Shown one piece after another: positions 1 to 7,709 of a DNA stretch of 16,823 bases. Made by a program: the position numbers and the translations under genes. The notes under the pieces were generated by a model that was not told the origin of the DNA, made no database searches, and was given only the letters and a program-made list of their open reading frames with translations. Origin of the DNA: Candidatus Hadarchaeota archaeon (lineage in GTDB: Archaea; CAYQAE01; CAYVLA01); assembly GCA_964621445.1 (NCBI GenBank), contig CAZUNO010000041.1:1-16823 (forward strand), given 5' to 3'. Each line of letters opens with the position of its first letter. The stretch's first letter is position 1.

Positions 1-652
1 TTCGATAAAAACCCGGACCAAAACCAAAACTCAACCAGAGCTAAACAGATACATCCAAAATACTCTTCTTTCCAGTTAAGTGATTACAATTACCAGTCCA
101 TGACGGATTCTCACACCGGATGATAGGATATCTCCCTTCGAGAGAATTCCAGGCTTTCCTCTCCAGACAAAATGATTCGATACTCTCTTCCGCCACAAAA
201 ATGCAAATCCAGAATTTGCAAACTTTCAAGTCCAACCTATATGGTCAATAAACCATTCTGGTAGTAGGCCACTCGCAAATAATCAGCCTGCTCTCGTCAT
301 TAAGCGCATAGACGGACGTTGTAGGTGTCTCTAGTTGATTCTTTGAAGCTGTACCGTAAACGATTCATTTGCCTTTTTGAACTGCTGTTGGTCGAATATA
401 TTGAATTAAATCAACTTGCGAACCGCCGAGGACAGGCGCGTCATAACCACGAATACTCTCTCGAGGATAATGATAGACAGCGGTGGGTTTCTAAAGAGTA
501 CCCAGGTGCGGGCCTATTTAGCCATCAGCGCCGGATGCAGGGGTATTTTTAGATGCCAATACTCATTCCTGGATAATTACCTGCCCACTCTATATGGATA
601 GGATAGGGGAGTTTTTGGCACCCAAATCAACATAGAAATAATCTCTATCAGC

Positions 653-673
653 ATTAATTGCAATTGTAATTAT
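653..673 (+). promoter_or_regulatory. Putative antitoxin operator, copy 1 (ATTAATTGCAATTGTAATTAT)
   Basis: 21 bp identical to 6163-6183. It contains the perfect palindrome AATTGCAATT and the near-palindrome ATTGCAATTGTAAT, and lies directly upstream of the ATG of a paralogous antitoxin. Confidence 0.65.
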
Positions 674-674
674 T

Positions 675-859
675 ATGATCACCACAATTACGGTGAAGGA
701 GAGGACACGGAGGAAGCTTCAGCAACTCAAGGAGCGGAAACCGTACCACTCCTTTGATCACCTATTGGAGATGGAAGAAAAGGACTGCCCGGCTGCAGAG
801 ATATCAGTATGGGCTTGGCGCCATCAAGATTTACGTTTCGGGCAGGGAGACCGCTATGA
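675..859 (+). pseudogene. VapB-type (RHH) antitoxin pseudogene
   Basis: The first ~33 codons MITTITVKERTRRKLQQLKERKPYHSFDHLLEM match 6184..6378 (MPTTITVKEKTRRKLQELKKRKGSPSYDRLLED). Similarity is then lost. ATGA at 856-859 mirrors the ATGA antitoxin/toxin overlap at 6375-6378. Confidence 0.75.
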
Positions 860-1246
860 AGGTCTATGGCTACCGGAAGGGGTCCCAAGGATGGCATCCG
901 CATGCCGCCGGCTATAGATAAAGTAGGAGATGGGGGCTCTAGCGCCCTCTTAACCGACTTTCACATCGGTCCATTCTCGCCATTCTCAAGAGCCACGGAA
1001 TGGGATGGTTTGAGACAAACAACTTCCTGGCCTCCTTCACACGCAACAGGGGACTAACGGTTCATTCCGGGACTGGTTGGGAGGCTAAGGGCAGCCGAGG
1101 TGATAAGGGAGGAAGGTCTTGACTTTGACGATGCTCTCCTAGCCCTAACCGTGAGAAAACTTTCCAAGAAGTCGGTGATATCCCCTGAACCGCCCCTAGA
1201 AAGCGTCGATGGTGTGAATAAAGTAACGCCCGAATCTCTTGAATAG
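856..1246 (+). pseudogene. VapC/PIN toxin pseudogene (multiple frameshifts)
   Basis: Stitching + frames gives ...ASACRRL/IDKVGDGGSSALLTDFHI/SILAILKSHGMGWFETNNFLASFTRNRGLTVHS/PGLVGRLRAAEVIREEGLDFDDALLALTVRKLSKKSVISPEPPLESVDGVNKVTPESLE*. GLDFDDA is a typical archaeal VapC motif. The N-terminal catalytic Asp and the C-terminal S-F-D motif are lost. Confidence 0.75.
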
Positions 1247-1834
1247 TCACTAGTAAGCACGGATTCGATTGAGATGCAGAATTAAGCTCCAGATCAACCA
1301 ACCGTCTTTGCACCACGATCAGAGTTACCCCGGGACTCCAAGAAAGGCCAAATGGCGGAAACTTGGTTCGGAAAGGCCGGAACCACATCTCCACGTGATC
1401 CTTTCCAGCGCTGAACCATTGGAGATGCCGCGAAGAAGATCCGAGATGGCAGGTCTCATGGGCCTCACTCCGTGGGCAATCAATATCGGCAAAGGCATCA
1501 ACCCATCAAATTGTTGGCATACCTAGCTAAAGACATCCCTGTGAGCGAAATTACAATTTCCCTGAATAGCCAAACACAATCCATTGCGTTTGGTACTTGA
1601 ATCTGCTTCCTCTTTGGACGTTTTTCATTCCTCTGCATACAAACCCAACCCTTTCTATTCCTATTGGTTAGACCCGCTTCCGATTCTTTTAAGGCGATTT
1701 TACAATAGAATGAACTGACGCAGCATACTAGGCGTGGAAATCAAGGACAGGAAGTGCTGACCCCTCACGTAGCCCAAAATCAAGATGATAGATCCAGAAA
1801 AGTTTAGACGAAATTTAGGGCGAAAAACGACAAA

Positions 1835-1842
1835 GGAGGTGA
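1835..1842 (+). promoter_or_regulatory. Shine-Dalgarno site of the tasA-like gene
   Basis: GGAGGTGA ends 7 nt before the ATG at 1850. Confidence 0.8.
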
Positions 1843-1849
1843 TAAAAAA

Positions 1850-2527
1850 ATGAAAATGAGAATAGCGACAAACCTGTTGATAATGGTTATAGCAGCAGCA
1901 ATGATCGGAGGATCACTAGCCAACTTCCACGACAGCGAGGTCTGCGCAGGTAACACGTTCACCGCAGGGTCACTCGACCTAGAAGTTAACGGTCAGAGCG
2001 GTGTCTGCGTACCGTGGACCAGCGCAAGCAACATGGCTCCAGGAAATACCTATTTCTCTGGATTCAAGACGCTCGCCAACGCTGGAACCATTGATGGAGA
2101 ACTCAACGTCACCATCCAGAACCTAATGTGCCACGAGAACGGCGTGCTTCCACCCGAAGCAGCAGCAGGAGACAGCGTGGGAACACAGCTGGACCCGGAC
2201 GGATTCAGCCAAGAGGGAGGCTACGGAGAACTCTGGGACCAGATAACGTTCAGCCTCGTCATAGACGATGGAGACGGAGTTAGAAACTGGAAGGACACAA
2301 CTATGTATCTATACCCAGACGAATCAGGGTATTACAGCATACCCGTTGATAGCCCGATACAGCTTGATAGCGACTTCCAAGCAGGAGAATCCATGGACTT
2401 TGGCATAGAAGTCACATTCATCGATGACCAGAACACAGCTTATGGATGGATACTTGACGGTGTGCCGAACAACGCAGCCATGGGTGACAGCATCAGTCTG
2501 GATCTCAACTTCCAGTTGACGCAGTAA
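1850..2527 (+). CDS. TasA/CalY (camelysin, M73)-family secreted fibre subunit with SipW-class signal peptide
   Basis: Basic N-region and hydrophobic stretch, then GGSLA|NFHDSEVCAGNTFTAGSLDL, matching the SipW-cognate motif (T-x-A|x-F-x-D-x-E...N-T-F-x-A-G-T-L-D-L). NMAPG, NAGTIDG and a C-terminal N-x-x-x-G-D-S...F-x-L-x-Q are also TasA/CalY-like. Adjacent to sipW. Confidence 0.88.
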   Translation: MKMRIATNLLIMVIAAAMIGGSLANFHDSEVCAGNTFTAGSLDLEVNGQSGVCVPWTSASNMAPGNTYFSGFKTLANAGTIDGELNVTIQNLMCHENGVLPPEAAAGDSVGTQLDPDGFSQEGGYGELWDQITFSLVIDDGDGVRNWKDTTMYLYPDESGYYSIPVDSPIQLDSDFQAGESMDFGIEVTFIDDQNTAYGWILDGVPNNAAMGDSISLDLNFQLTQ

Positions 2528-2534
2528 ATCTAAA

Positions 2535-2551
2535 TTTTTTCTTTTTTTCTT
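2535..2551 (+). terminator. Archaeal-type T-tract terminator after the tasA-like gene
   Basis: TTTTTTCTTTTTTTCTT begins 8 nt after the stop codon. Confidence 0.6.
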
Positions 2552-2603
2552 AACTCTCCGATAGCAGGTGGAGACATCCCCTGCCGGGAAAGAGGTAGAA
2601 GAA

Positions 2604-3224
2604 ATGGACAGACAGGAACTAACAGAGGCCATTATAACAACGGTGGTGAGCATAATCACCGTGATAACCGTAATCTGTGCAGCCCCAGAAATAGTAGGAT
2701 CAAACGGAGCATGGGTCTGCTACGGGCAGTCAATGGAACCCACAATAATGATGGGAGACATGATACTCAGCAAAGAAACACCCCCAAGCCAAATAGAGAT
2801 AGGAGACATCATCTTCTTCAAATACAAAGACAGCATCATCGGACACAGAGTAATAGAGGAATCAGACGACAACTTCAAAACCAAGGGAGACAACAGCGAA
2901 CCAGACCCCTGGATCGTACCCGGAAAAGCCGTGATCGGAACATACAGAACGAGGATACCCTACTTCGGATACCTAGTCCACTTCATCAAGAGCAAATGGT
3001 TCTGTGTATTCGCATCCCTCATAGGAGGATACCTAATGCTAATAGCAGGATACGACACCTACACAATCATCAAAGGAACCAAGAAAGCAGCAGAAACCAC
3101 AGCCAGAAAAACAAAAGAAGGATACGACTGGCTCAAAAGACTTGTAACACACTACCATTACAGGGGAGAATGGTGGAGAGGCTGGTTATGGGAATTCCCA
3201 AAATGTAAACTTGGGCGAGAATGA
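2604..3224 (+). CDS. sipW: Signal peptidase I, SipW/S26B (ER/archaeal-type)
   Basis: Catalytic Ser box GQSMEPTIMMGD, His box IGHRV and KTKGDN..PD, with N- and C-terminal TM helices and RIPYFGY. ATG 2604 has GAGGT upstream; the ORF track start at GTG 2568 is an alternative. Confidence 0.9.
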   Translation: MDRQELTEAIITTVVSIITVITVICAAPEIVGSNGAWVCYGQSMEPTIMMGDMILSKETPPSQIEIGDIIFFKYKDSIIGHRVIEESDDNFKTKGDNSEPDPWIVPGKAVIGTYRTRIPYFGYLVHFIKSKWFCVFASLIGGYLMLIAGYDTYTIIKGTKKAAETTARKTKEGYDWLKRLVTHYHYRGEWWRGWLWEFPKCKLGRE

Positions 3225-3225
3225 A

Positions 3226-3924
3226 ATGCTGGTAGAAGAGGTACTCAACAGCTTAAAAGCATTAGGAGCACACCAACTCCAAAGTTCAACGGAAATTGCC
3301 CGAGAGGCTTATGCAACAGCAAGAATCGCGCTACGAATACCGATAGGAATAATAAGACAAATAGAAACGCAGCAAGAGATAATTCTCCTGGCGGCAATAA
3401 CCGCGACGGCAATAGCATTAACAACGCTCATATACACCAAAGCGGACAAGAAGACCAAGAGGCTGTCTCCTTTACTGATATCTTCTATGCTTATATTCTC
3501 AGCAATCTGGATAGGGGGATTTAACGCAAAATTCACAGACAGGGAAACACGTGCAAACACCTTCACAGCCGGGACAAACTTCCTGAAGTACACCATCCAT
3601 GGGGGTAAGGCAACATATACGGACCCCAACCAGAACAGGACGCTGGGCTGGATACGAAACGATCACATCGGAAGGAACCTGGAGATTGAGGACATACAAA
3701 TCTCGTCATTCAATCCTGAATGGACTACCGACCTCTGGGCATCGGAAACAAACTCCGAGGCATCGGACGGCGAACCTAGAAATACTACCATAGGACCCAG
3801 CGAAAAGAGATGGATATGGATGAGAACCACGGCCCCCAACGGAGACTACCAAGATGTCAAAGTGGCATTGACCGTGAATAGTACTCATATCGATTTACCG
3901 GCCAATATTAGTGTGGATCGTTGA
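3226..3924 (+). CDS. Second SipW-class substrate: membrane-tethered minor fibre/accessory subunit
   Basis: Two hydrophobic segments are followed by IGGFNA|KFTDRETRANTFTAGT, an internal SipW-type cleavage motif. The beta-rich C-terminal domain has four N-x-S/T sequons (NRT, NTT, NST, NIS). ATG 3226 lies 1 nt after the sipW stop. Confidence 0.75.
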   Translation: MLVEEVLNSLKALGAHQLQSSTEIAREAYATARIALRIPIGIIRQIETQQEIILLAAITATAIALTTLIYTKADKKTKRLSPLLISSMLIFSAIWIGGFNAKFTDRETRANTFTAGTNFLKYTIHGGKATYTDPNQNRTLGWIRNDHIGRNLEIEDIQISSFNPEWTTDLWASETNSEASDGEPRNTTIGPSEKRWIWMRTTAPNGDYQDVKVALTVNSTHIDLPANISVDR

Positions 3925-4189
3925 AAACCTGAGATTATGGATTCCAATTTATTTATCCCTCCAGTTTATCCCAATAGGAAATCCTTTTTGACCCGCAAAT
4001 ACCAGAATCGGGCCCCCGAGCCTCTTCCTTCATACAGGCATTATTGGGCCACGACTCCCTGTAGACCACCCAGATATACAGCCCCATACCCAACCAAAAG
4101 CTGCTCCAAGATATCCGGCAAACCGTCCCTGTGAACTCCGCTCCCAAATATTGGTCCCTCGGCATCGCGGCAATCTCTTGGCAATCTGA

Positions 4190-4233
4190 AATAATTTTGA
4201 CAATAATTTTAATTATTAACAATAAATATATTT
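4190..4233 (+). promoter_or_regulatory. AT-rich promoter/operator region of the AbrB-VapC module
   Basis: Tandem AATAATTTT repeats and a TAAATATA TATA-like box upstream of the antitoxin gene. Confidence 0.4.
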
Positions 4234-4269
4234 ATGTCATTCTGTTTAGATAATAAGGGGTGGAGATCC

Positions 4270-4521
4270 TTGTCGGTTGAAGTTGGTAAATACGGACGAA
4301 TAGTCCTTCCCAAGAAGCTAAGGGAGGAGTACGGCGTGAAGGATGGAACAAGACTGATCATCGAAAGCCTCGAAGACCGTATTGTGCTGCTTCCGGTGAG
4401 AGACTACGAAAGACCGACCGATGCCCTTTACGGCAGCATCAGTCTCCATGAGCCCCTAGACGAACCCAAAGAGGTGGCCAGGGAGCACATCCAGCGCATG
4501 TTGGCCGAAGACCTCGAGTAG
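4270..4521 (+). CDS. vapB: AbrB/MazE/SpoVT-family antitoxin
   Basis: VGKYGRIVLPKKLREEYGVKDGTRLII is a classic AbrB swapped-hairpin motif. Start is probably TTG 4270 (SD GGGGTGGAG); the ORF track starts at 4234. Lies upstream of a PIN gene. Confidence 0.9.
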   Translation: MSVEVGKYGRIVLPKKLREEYGVKDGTRLIIESLEDRIVLLPVRDYERPTDALYGSISLHEPLDEPKEVAREHIQRMLAEDLE

Positions 4522-4530
4522 GAGATGTAA

Positions 4531-4929
4531 ATGAGGTTCGTCGACACCAATATCTTCATCTATGCGATAACCGCCCACCCGCGCTTCGGTGAGGTTTCAA
4601 GAGAGATCCTGAAACGCATAGAGAGGCAGGAGAAAGCAGCAACATCGACACTCGTACTTTGCGAGGTTGCCTGGGTGCTAGAGGCGATGGGCAGGGAAGG
4701 AGAGATCAGGAACGTTCTAGAGAAGATACTGTCCTACAGGAATCTGGATATCCTGGGATTCGGGGACAGGGAACTCATCATGGGGGCAAGTAACATGGCA
4801 TCAAAGGGGATGGATTTCAATGATGGTGTCAATATGGCCATAATGATGAGGGAGGGGATATCCGAGGTCTATTCCAATGACTCCAAACATTTCGATGATG
4901 TCGATTCCATCAAGATGCTCTTCGAATGA
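4531..4929 (+). CDS. vapC: VapC PIN-domain ribonuclease toxin
   Basis: Acidic tetrad intact: FVDTN, LCEV, DFNDG, YSNDSKHFD. Confidence 0.93.
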   Translation: MRFVDTNIFIYAITAHPRFGEVSREILKRIERQEKAATSTLVLCEVAWVLEAMGREGEIRNVLEKILSYRNLDILGFGDRELIMGASNMASKGMDFNDGVNMAIMMREGISEVYSNDSKHFDDVDSIKMLFE

Positions 4930-5383
4930 CGGAACACTGGAATGCTCCCTTCGAGTTCGAGAAGGCCATCAGAGCTGCTTATTCGGATGTAACGGCAGAA
5001 ACATGTTAACCTTCTCAAACCGATCCAACTTCTCCCTACGGAAAGGTCGTCGTACATGCCTGTGCTGCGATATAAGCCCCAATTCCCTGGAAATAAGACT
5101 TCAAAAAGCTAGCGAGCTAACGAAACCAAATAATGGAATCAGCCTACTTGAACCAGGCATCATCCATTCTTACGGTTCCCTGGTCGACACTGACTCCAAA
5201 TCTATGTCTTCCCAAACTCTCTGGTGAGCAAAATTCGTCTGCCCGAATCATTTACTCACGCCGCTGCAAAATCGATCCTCTTTCTGTCACCTGATTATAC
5301 AGAAACCGGGGGAGTCCGGACTTAGCTAAATCGTCTCGGCAAAATCTATCAGTATCAAAAGCTACTCGTACTTTGGTGTATTA

Positions 5384-5655
5384 GTGTAAACAGTCAGAAT
5401 AGGGGAGAGACAAAAAAAAGACTCCAGAAACTCCTAGCCAGGCGATTCATGGAACGTGACAAGAAGATAACATTTCAAGAAGCCCTAAGCAAGAGCGTGG
5501 ACCACGCTATAGATGACGATGAATATATCCAGGACCTACTCGGCACCCAGCCTCTCGAGGAGGAATATGCCTGGCGAATGCTGGATAAACCAAGGCATAC
5601 GGGGATAAAGGACCTATCCAGCGATATCGATAAGTGGCTATACGAGGTATCATAA
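5384..5655 (+). pseudogene. RHH antitoxin, 5' end disrupted
   Basis: GTG-TAA-ACA-GTC-AGA-ATA-GGG-GAG followed by a 1-nt deletion near 5408 reconstructs M(K)TVRIGE(E)TKKRLQKLLARRFMERDKKITFQEAL...DLSSDIDKWLYEVS. The DLS-x-x-ID-x-x-LY tail is typical of archaeal VapB. The 5449 ORF is the remaining C-terminal part. Confidence 0.7.
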
Positions 5656-6062
5656 TGTCCACCTTTCTAGATACCGAAGTTCTGGTAGCCGCCAGAAATG
5701 CCGACGATGAAAAACATGGCAGGGTCAAGGAGCTGGTAAGGTCGGGCCTGACCTGGGAACATGGCTTTGCATACACCTCGCACTATGTCCTGGATGAAGC
5801 GGTTACCCTGATGCTGGTGAGAACCGGAAGGCATGACTTGGCAGTAGATGTAGGCGATTTCATCCTCCGCTGCGATTGAATAACAAAATTATCAGCCTCC
5901 AGAGACGACTTCAACCATGCCTGGGAGAAATTTATGACCCTCCAAAAGGAGTCCCTGAGCTTCACGGACTACACCTCCCTGGTGCTTATGGAAAGGAACC
6001 AAATTGAGGAAATCCTGAGCTTTAGCCCAGGCTTCGATGCACTAGTTGCCAGACGCTATTAA
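5655..6062 (+). pseudogene. vapC: VapC PIN toxin with internal TGA
   Basis: MSTFLDTEVLVA...YVLDEAVT...ILRCD*(5877-5879)ITKLSASRDDFNHAWEKFMTLQKESLSFTDYTSLVLMERNQIEEILSFSPGFDALVARRY*. The frame continues past the stop. The last catalytic Asp (SFD) reads SFS. TAATG overlap with the antitoxin. Confidence 0.88.
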
Positions 6063-6146
6063 CCCGTGCTGATACTCCCCTATAGGACCCGGAAACACCA
6101 AAGACCGCGGAAGACCACCTAGAAACCTGATTTTTGATAGCTCATT

Positions 6147-6183
6147 TGAAACCTTTATCAATATTAATTGCAATTGTAATTAT
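6147..6183 (+). promoter_or_regulatory. BRE/TATA-like promoter plus palindromic operator of vapBC (probably leaderless mRNA)
   Basis: GAAACCTTTATCAA lies about 25-35 nt upstream of ATG 6184 and is followed by the 21-bp element shared with 653-673. No SD is present. Confidence 0.65.
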
Positions 6184-6378
6184 ATGCCGACGACGATCAC
6201 AGTCAAGGAGAAAACGCGAAGAAAACTTCAGGAACTCAAGAAGAGAAAGGGTTCCCCATCCTATGATCGCCTGCTAGAAGATATGGCAGATCGCGAACTC
6301 AAAATGAGGGACTCTCTCTTCGGTAAAACCAAGGGGCTTTCCAAGAATTTCAAAAGGGAACACGAGGATAGAGCATGA
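6184..6378 (+). CDS. vapB: VapB-type RHH antitoxin
   Basis: TTITV..TRRKL..LK....SYD.LL pattern, SLFG...F.REHEDR tail, and ATGA overlap with the PIN gene. Confidence 0.88.
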   Translation: MPTTITVKEKTRRKLQELKKRKGSPSYDRLLEDMADRELKMRDSLFGKTKGLSKNFKREHEDRA

Positions 6379-6773
6379 GAATCCTCTTCGACACCTACGC
6401 CTGGATCGAATACCTTGAGGGGTCGAAAGAAGGAGAGATGGTTAGAAGTCTGCTCCAGGAAGAAGGAAACGAAATCTATACCTCAACCCTTTCGATCGCC
6501 GAGCTTTCCGACGCCTTCCACCGGGGCGGCATGGAGACCGATCTAGAATGGAGCGAGATACAGAACTTCATAGAACTAAACTCCATACTGGAATCACTGA
6601 ACGCTGGGCAGATGGCACGTGCAGGCAAGGTCAAGGTCGAGAAGCGCCGGGAAAGGAAAGGGTTTGGACTTATGGATGCCATAATACTGGCCACCTCAAG
6701 AAAACTGGATTCCAAGCTCCTCACCGGTGACCCGCATCTTATCCATGAGCCAAACTCTATCCCTCTGCTTTGA
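6375..6773 (+). CDS. vapC: VapC PIN-domain ribonuclease toxin
   Basis: LFDTYAWIEY, SIAEL, GLMDAIILAT and LLTGDPH: acidic tetrad intact. Confidence 0.93.
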   Translation: MRILFDTYAWIEYLEGSKEGEMVRSLLQEEGNEIYTSTLSIAELSDAFHRGGMETDLEWSEIQNFIELNSILESLNAGQMARAGKVKVEKRRERKGFGLMDAIILATSRKLDSKLLTGDPHLIHEPNSIPLL

Positions 6774-6782
6774 CGGTAAAAA

Positions 6783-7092
6783 AGATACTGAACGTATAGA
6801 GAAACAAGAAAATGCAGCCACATCAAACCTCATCCTTTGTGAGGTGGCCTGGGTGCTGGAGGACATGGGCAAGCAAGGAGAGGCCAGAAACGCTCTAAAG
6901 AAGCTAATATCCTACCGAGATAGGGAGAGAGGAAAATTCATCATGGAAGCAACCAACATGCCAGCAAAACGGATGGACTACAACGACGGTGTCAACCTGG
7001 CCGTAATGATGAGGGAGGGGATATCCGAGGCCTACACGAATGATACCAAGCATCCCGGTGGTGTGGATTTTCTCAAGCCTATCTTTGAATAA
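6783..7092 (+). pseudogene. 5'-truncated paralog of the VapC at 4531..4929
   Basis: RIEKQENAATSNLILCEVAWVLEDMGKQGE...DYNDGVNLAVMMREGISEAYTNDTKH aligns to 4604-4929. It lacks the first ~24 codons including the first catalytic Asp and has a ~5-codon internal deletion. Confidence 0.88.
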
Positions 7093-7102
7093 CTGAACAC
7101 CT

Positions 7103-7121
7103 CCTTCCCGATTTGGGAAGG
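7103..7121 (+). terminator. Hairpin CCTTCCC-GATTT-GGGAAGG downstream of the vapC paralog
   Basis: Perfect 7-bp stem. A related CCTTC...GAAGG stem lies at 4948-4965 after the intact copy. Confidence 0.45.
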
Positions 7122-7628
7122 TCTTTAGATGTTAGATGACATTCTACTCTGGCGATCAAGCAAAGTACCAACCGCTCCTGCCCCGATGCGCGCGAATAAA
7201 CGGCAACCTATTGGTAGCAACCTTGAGTTCCCCTCTGTATCAGATAACCAGCACCACTACTTGACTGTTGGCTCGATCAATATCATATATGGCACAGGGC
7301 CTCCTGTTGAAATGCCATTTTGATGGTTTTGTTAGGCATTTGAAGCCCGGCAGCTGGGAATCAAGGTCCTTAAGGGGAAGGACGAGTTCCCCAGAGCCAT
7401 ATGCAACCGGGGAAAATGAAAGGCCATTAAACCCCATAAGCTCAAATAGAAAACCTAGAAATGAATCTCGTGTTCTTGGATTCAAAATTATTATTCATCT
7501 TCGCCAGTGCCGCCAACCCGTAGAACCCGGGTGCAAGGGCATTCTTCGAGATCCAACGGTTACCTCAAAAATCTGGTGCTCCGAGGCCAAGAAAATACCG
7601 AGGTCGATGTTCGAGTCAGGAATCCTGA

Positions 7629-7709
7629 GTCGTCATAATAGCCAACATGCTTAGAAACGGGGTGAAAAGAATCGTCGCCGATAACGTAAAGGACTTCTCT
7701 CTCCACTAG
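7629..7709 (+). pseudogene. C-terminal remnant of another PIN/VapC gene
   Basis: VVIIANMLRNGVKRIVADNVKDFSLH* resembles the PIN C-terminal D-x-x-I-x-A-x-M-L-x-N-G-V-x-x-I-x-T-x-N-x-x-D-F motif. The upstream sequence is degraded. Confidence 0.6.

Noticed and set aside
1-620. Short ORFs 41..235, 325..552 and 416..601
   Set aside because: No recognisable motif in the frames I translated, weak starts and mutual overlap. Possibly degraded DNA.
1054-1526. ORFs 1054..1260 (-), 1062..1394 (-) and 1269..1526 (+)
   Set aside because: The first two are antisense to the VapC pseudogene. The third has no recognisable features.
1690-1834. Possible riboswitch or structured leader upstream of the tasA-like gene; short repeats AAATCAAG x2 and TTTAG(A/GG)CGAAA x2
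   Set aside because: No match by eye to c-di-GMP or c-di-AMP riboswitch consensus, and the repeats are too short to call. An Rfam scan would be needed.
2711-3208. 165-aa Arg/Gln/His-rich overlapping ORF
   Set aside because: Alternate frame of sipW kept open by T-depletion.
3937-4222. ORFs 3937..4134 (+) and 3953..4222 (-)
   Set aside because: No family motif; they overlap each other and the AT-rich promoter region.
5877-5879. In-frame TGA as selenocysteine or programmed readthrough
   Set aside because: Not a Cys/catalytic position, and other lesions in the same module indicate decay.
7240-7330. RelE-like C-terminus AIYDIDRANSQVVVLVI*YRG on the minus strand
   Set aside because: Upstream RelE motifs (R-x-R-x-G-x-Y-R) are absent. 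Too little evidence to call.
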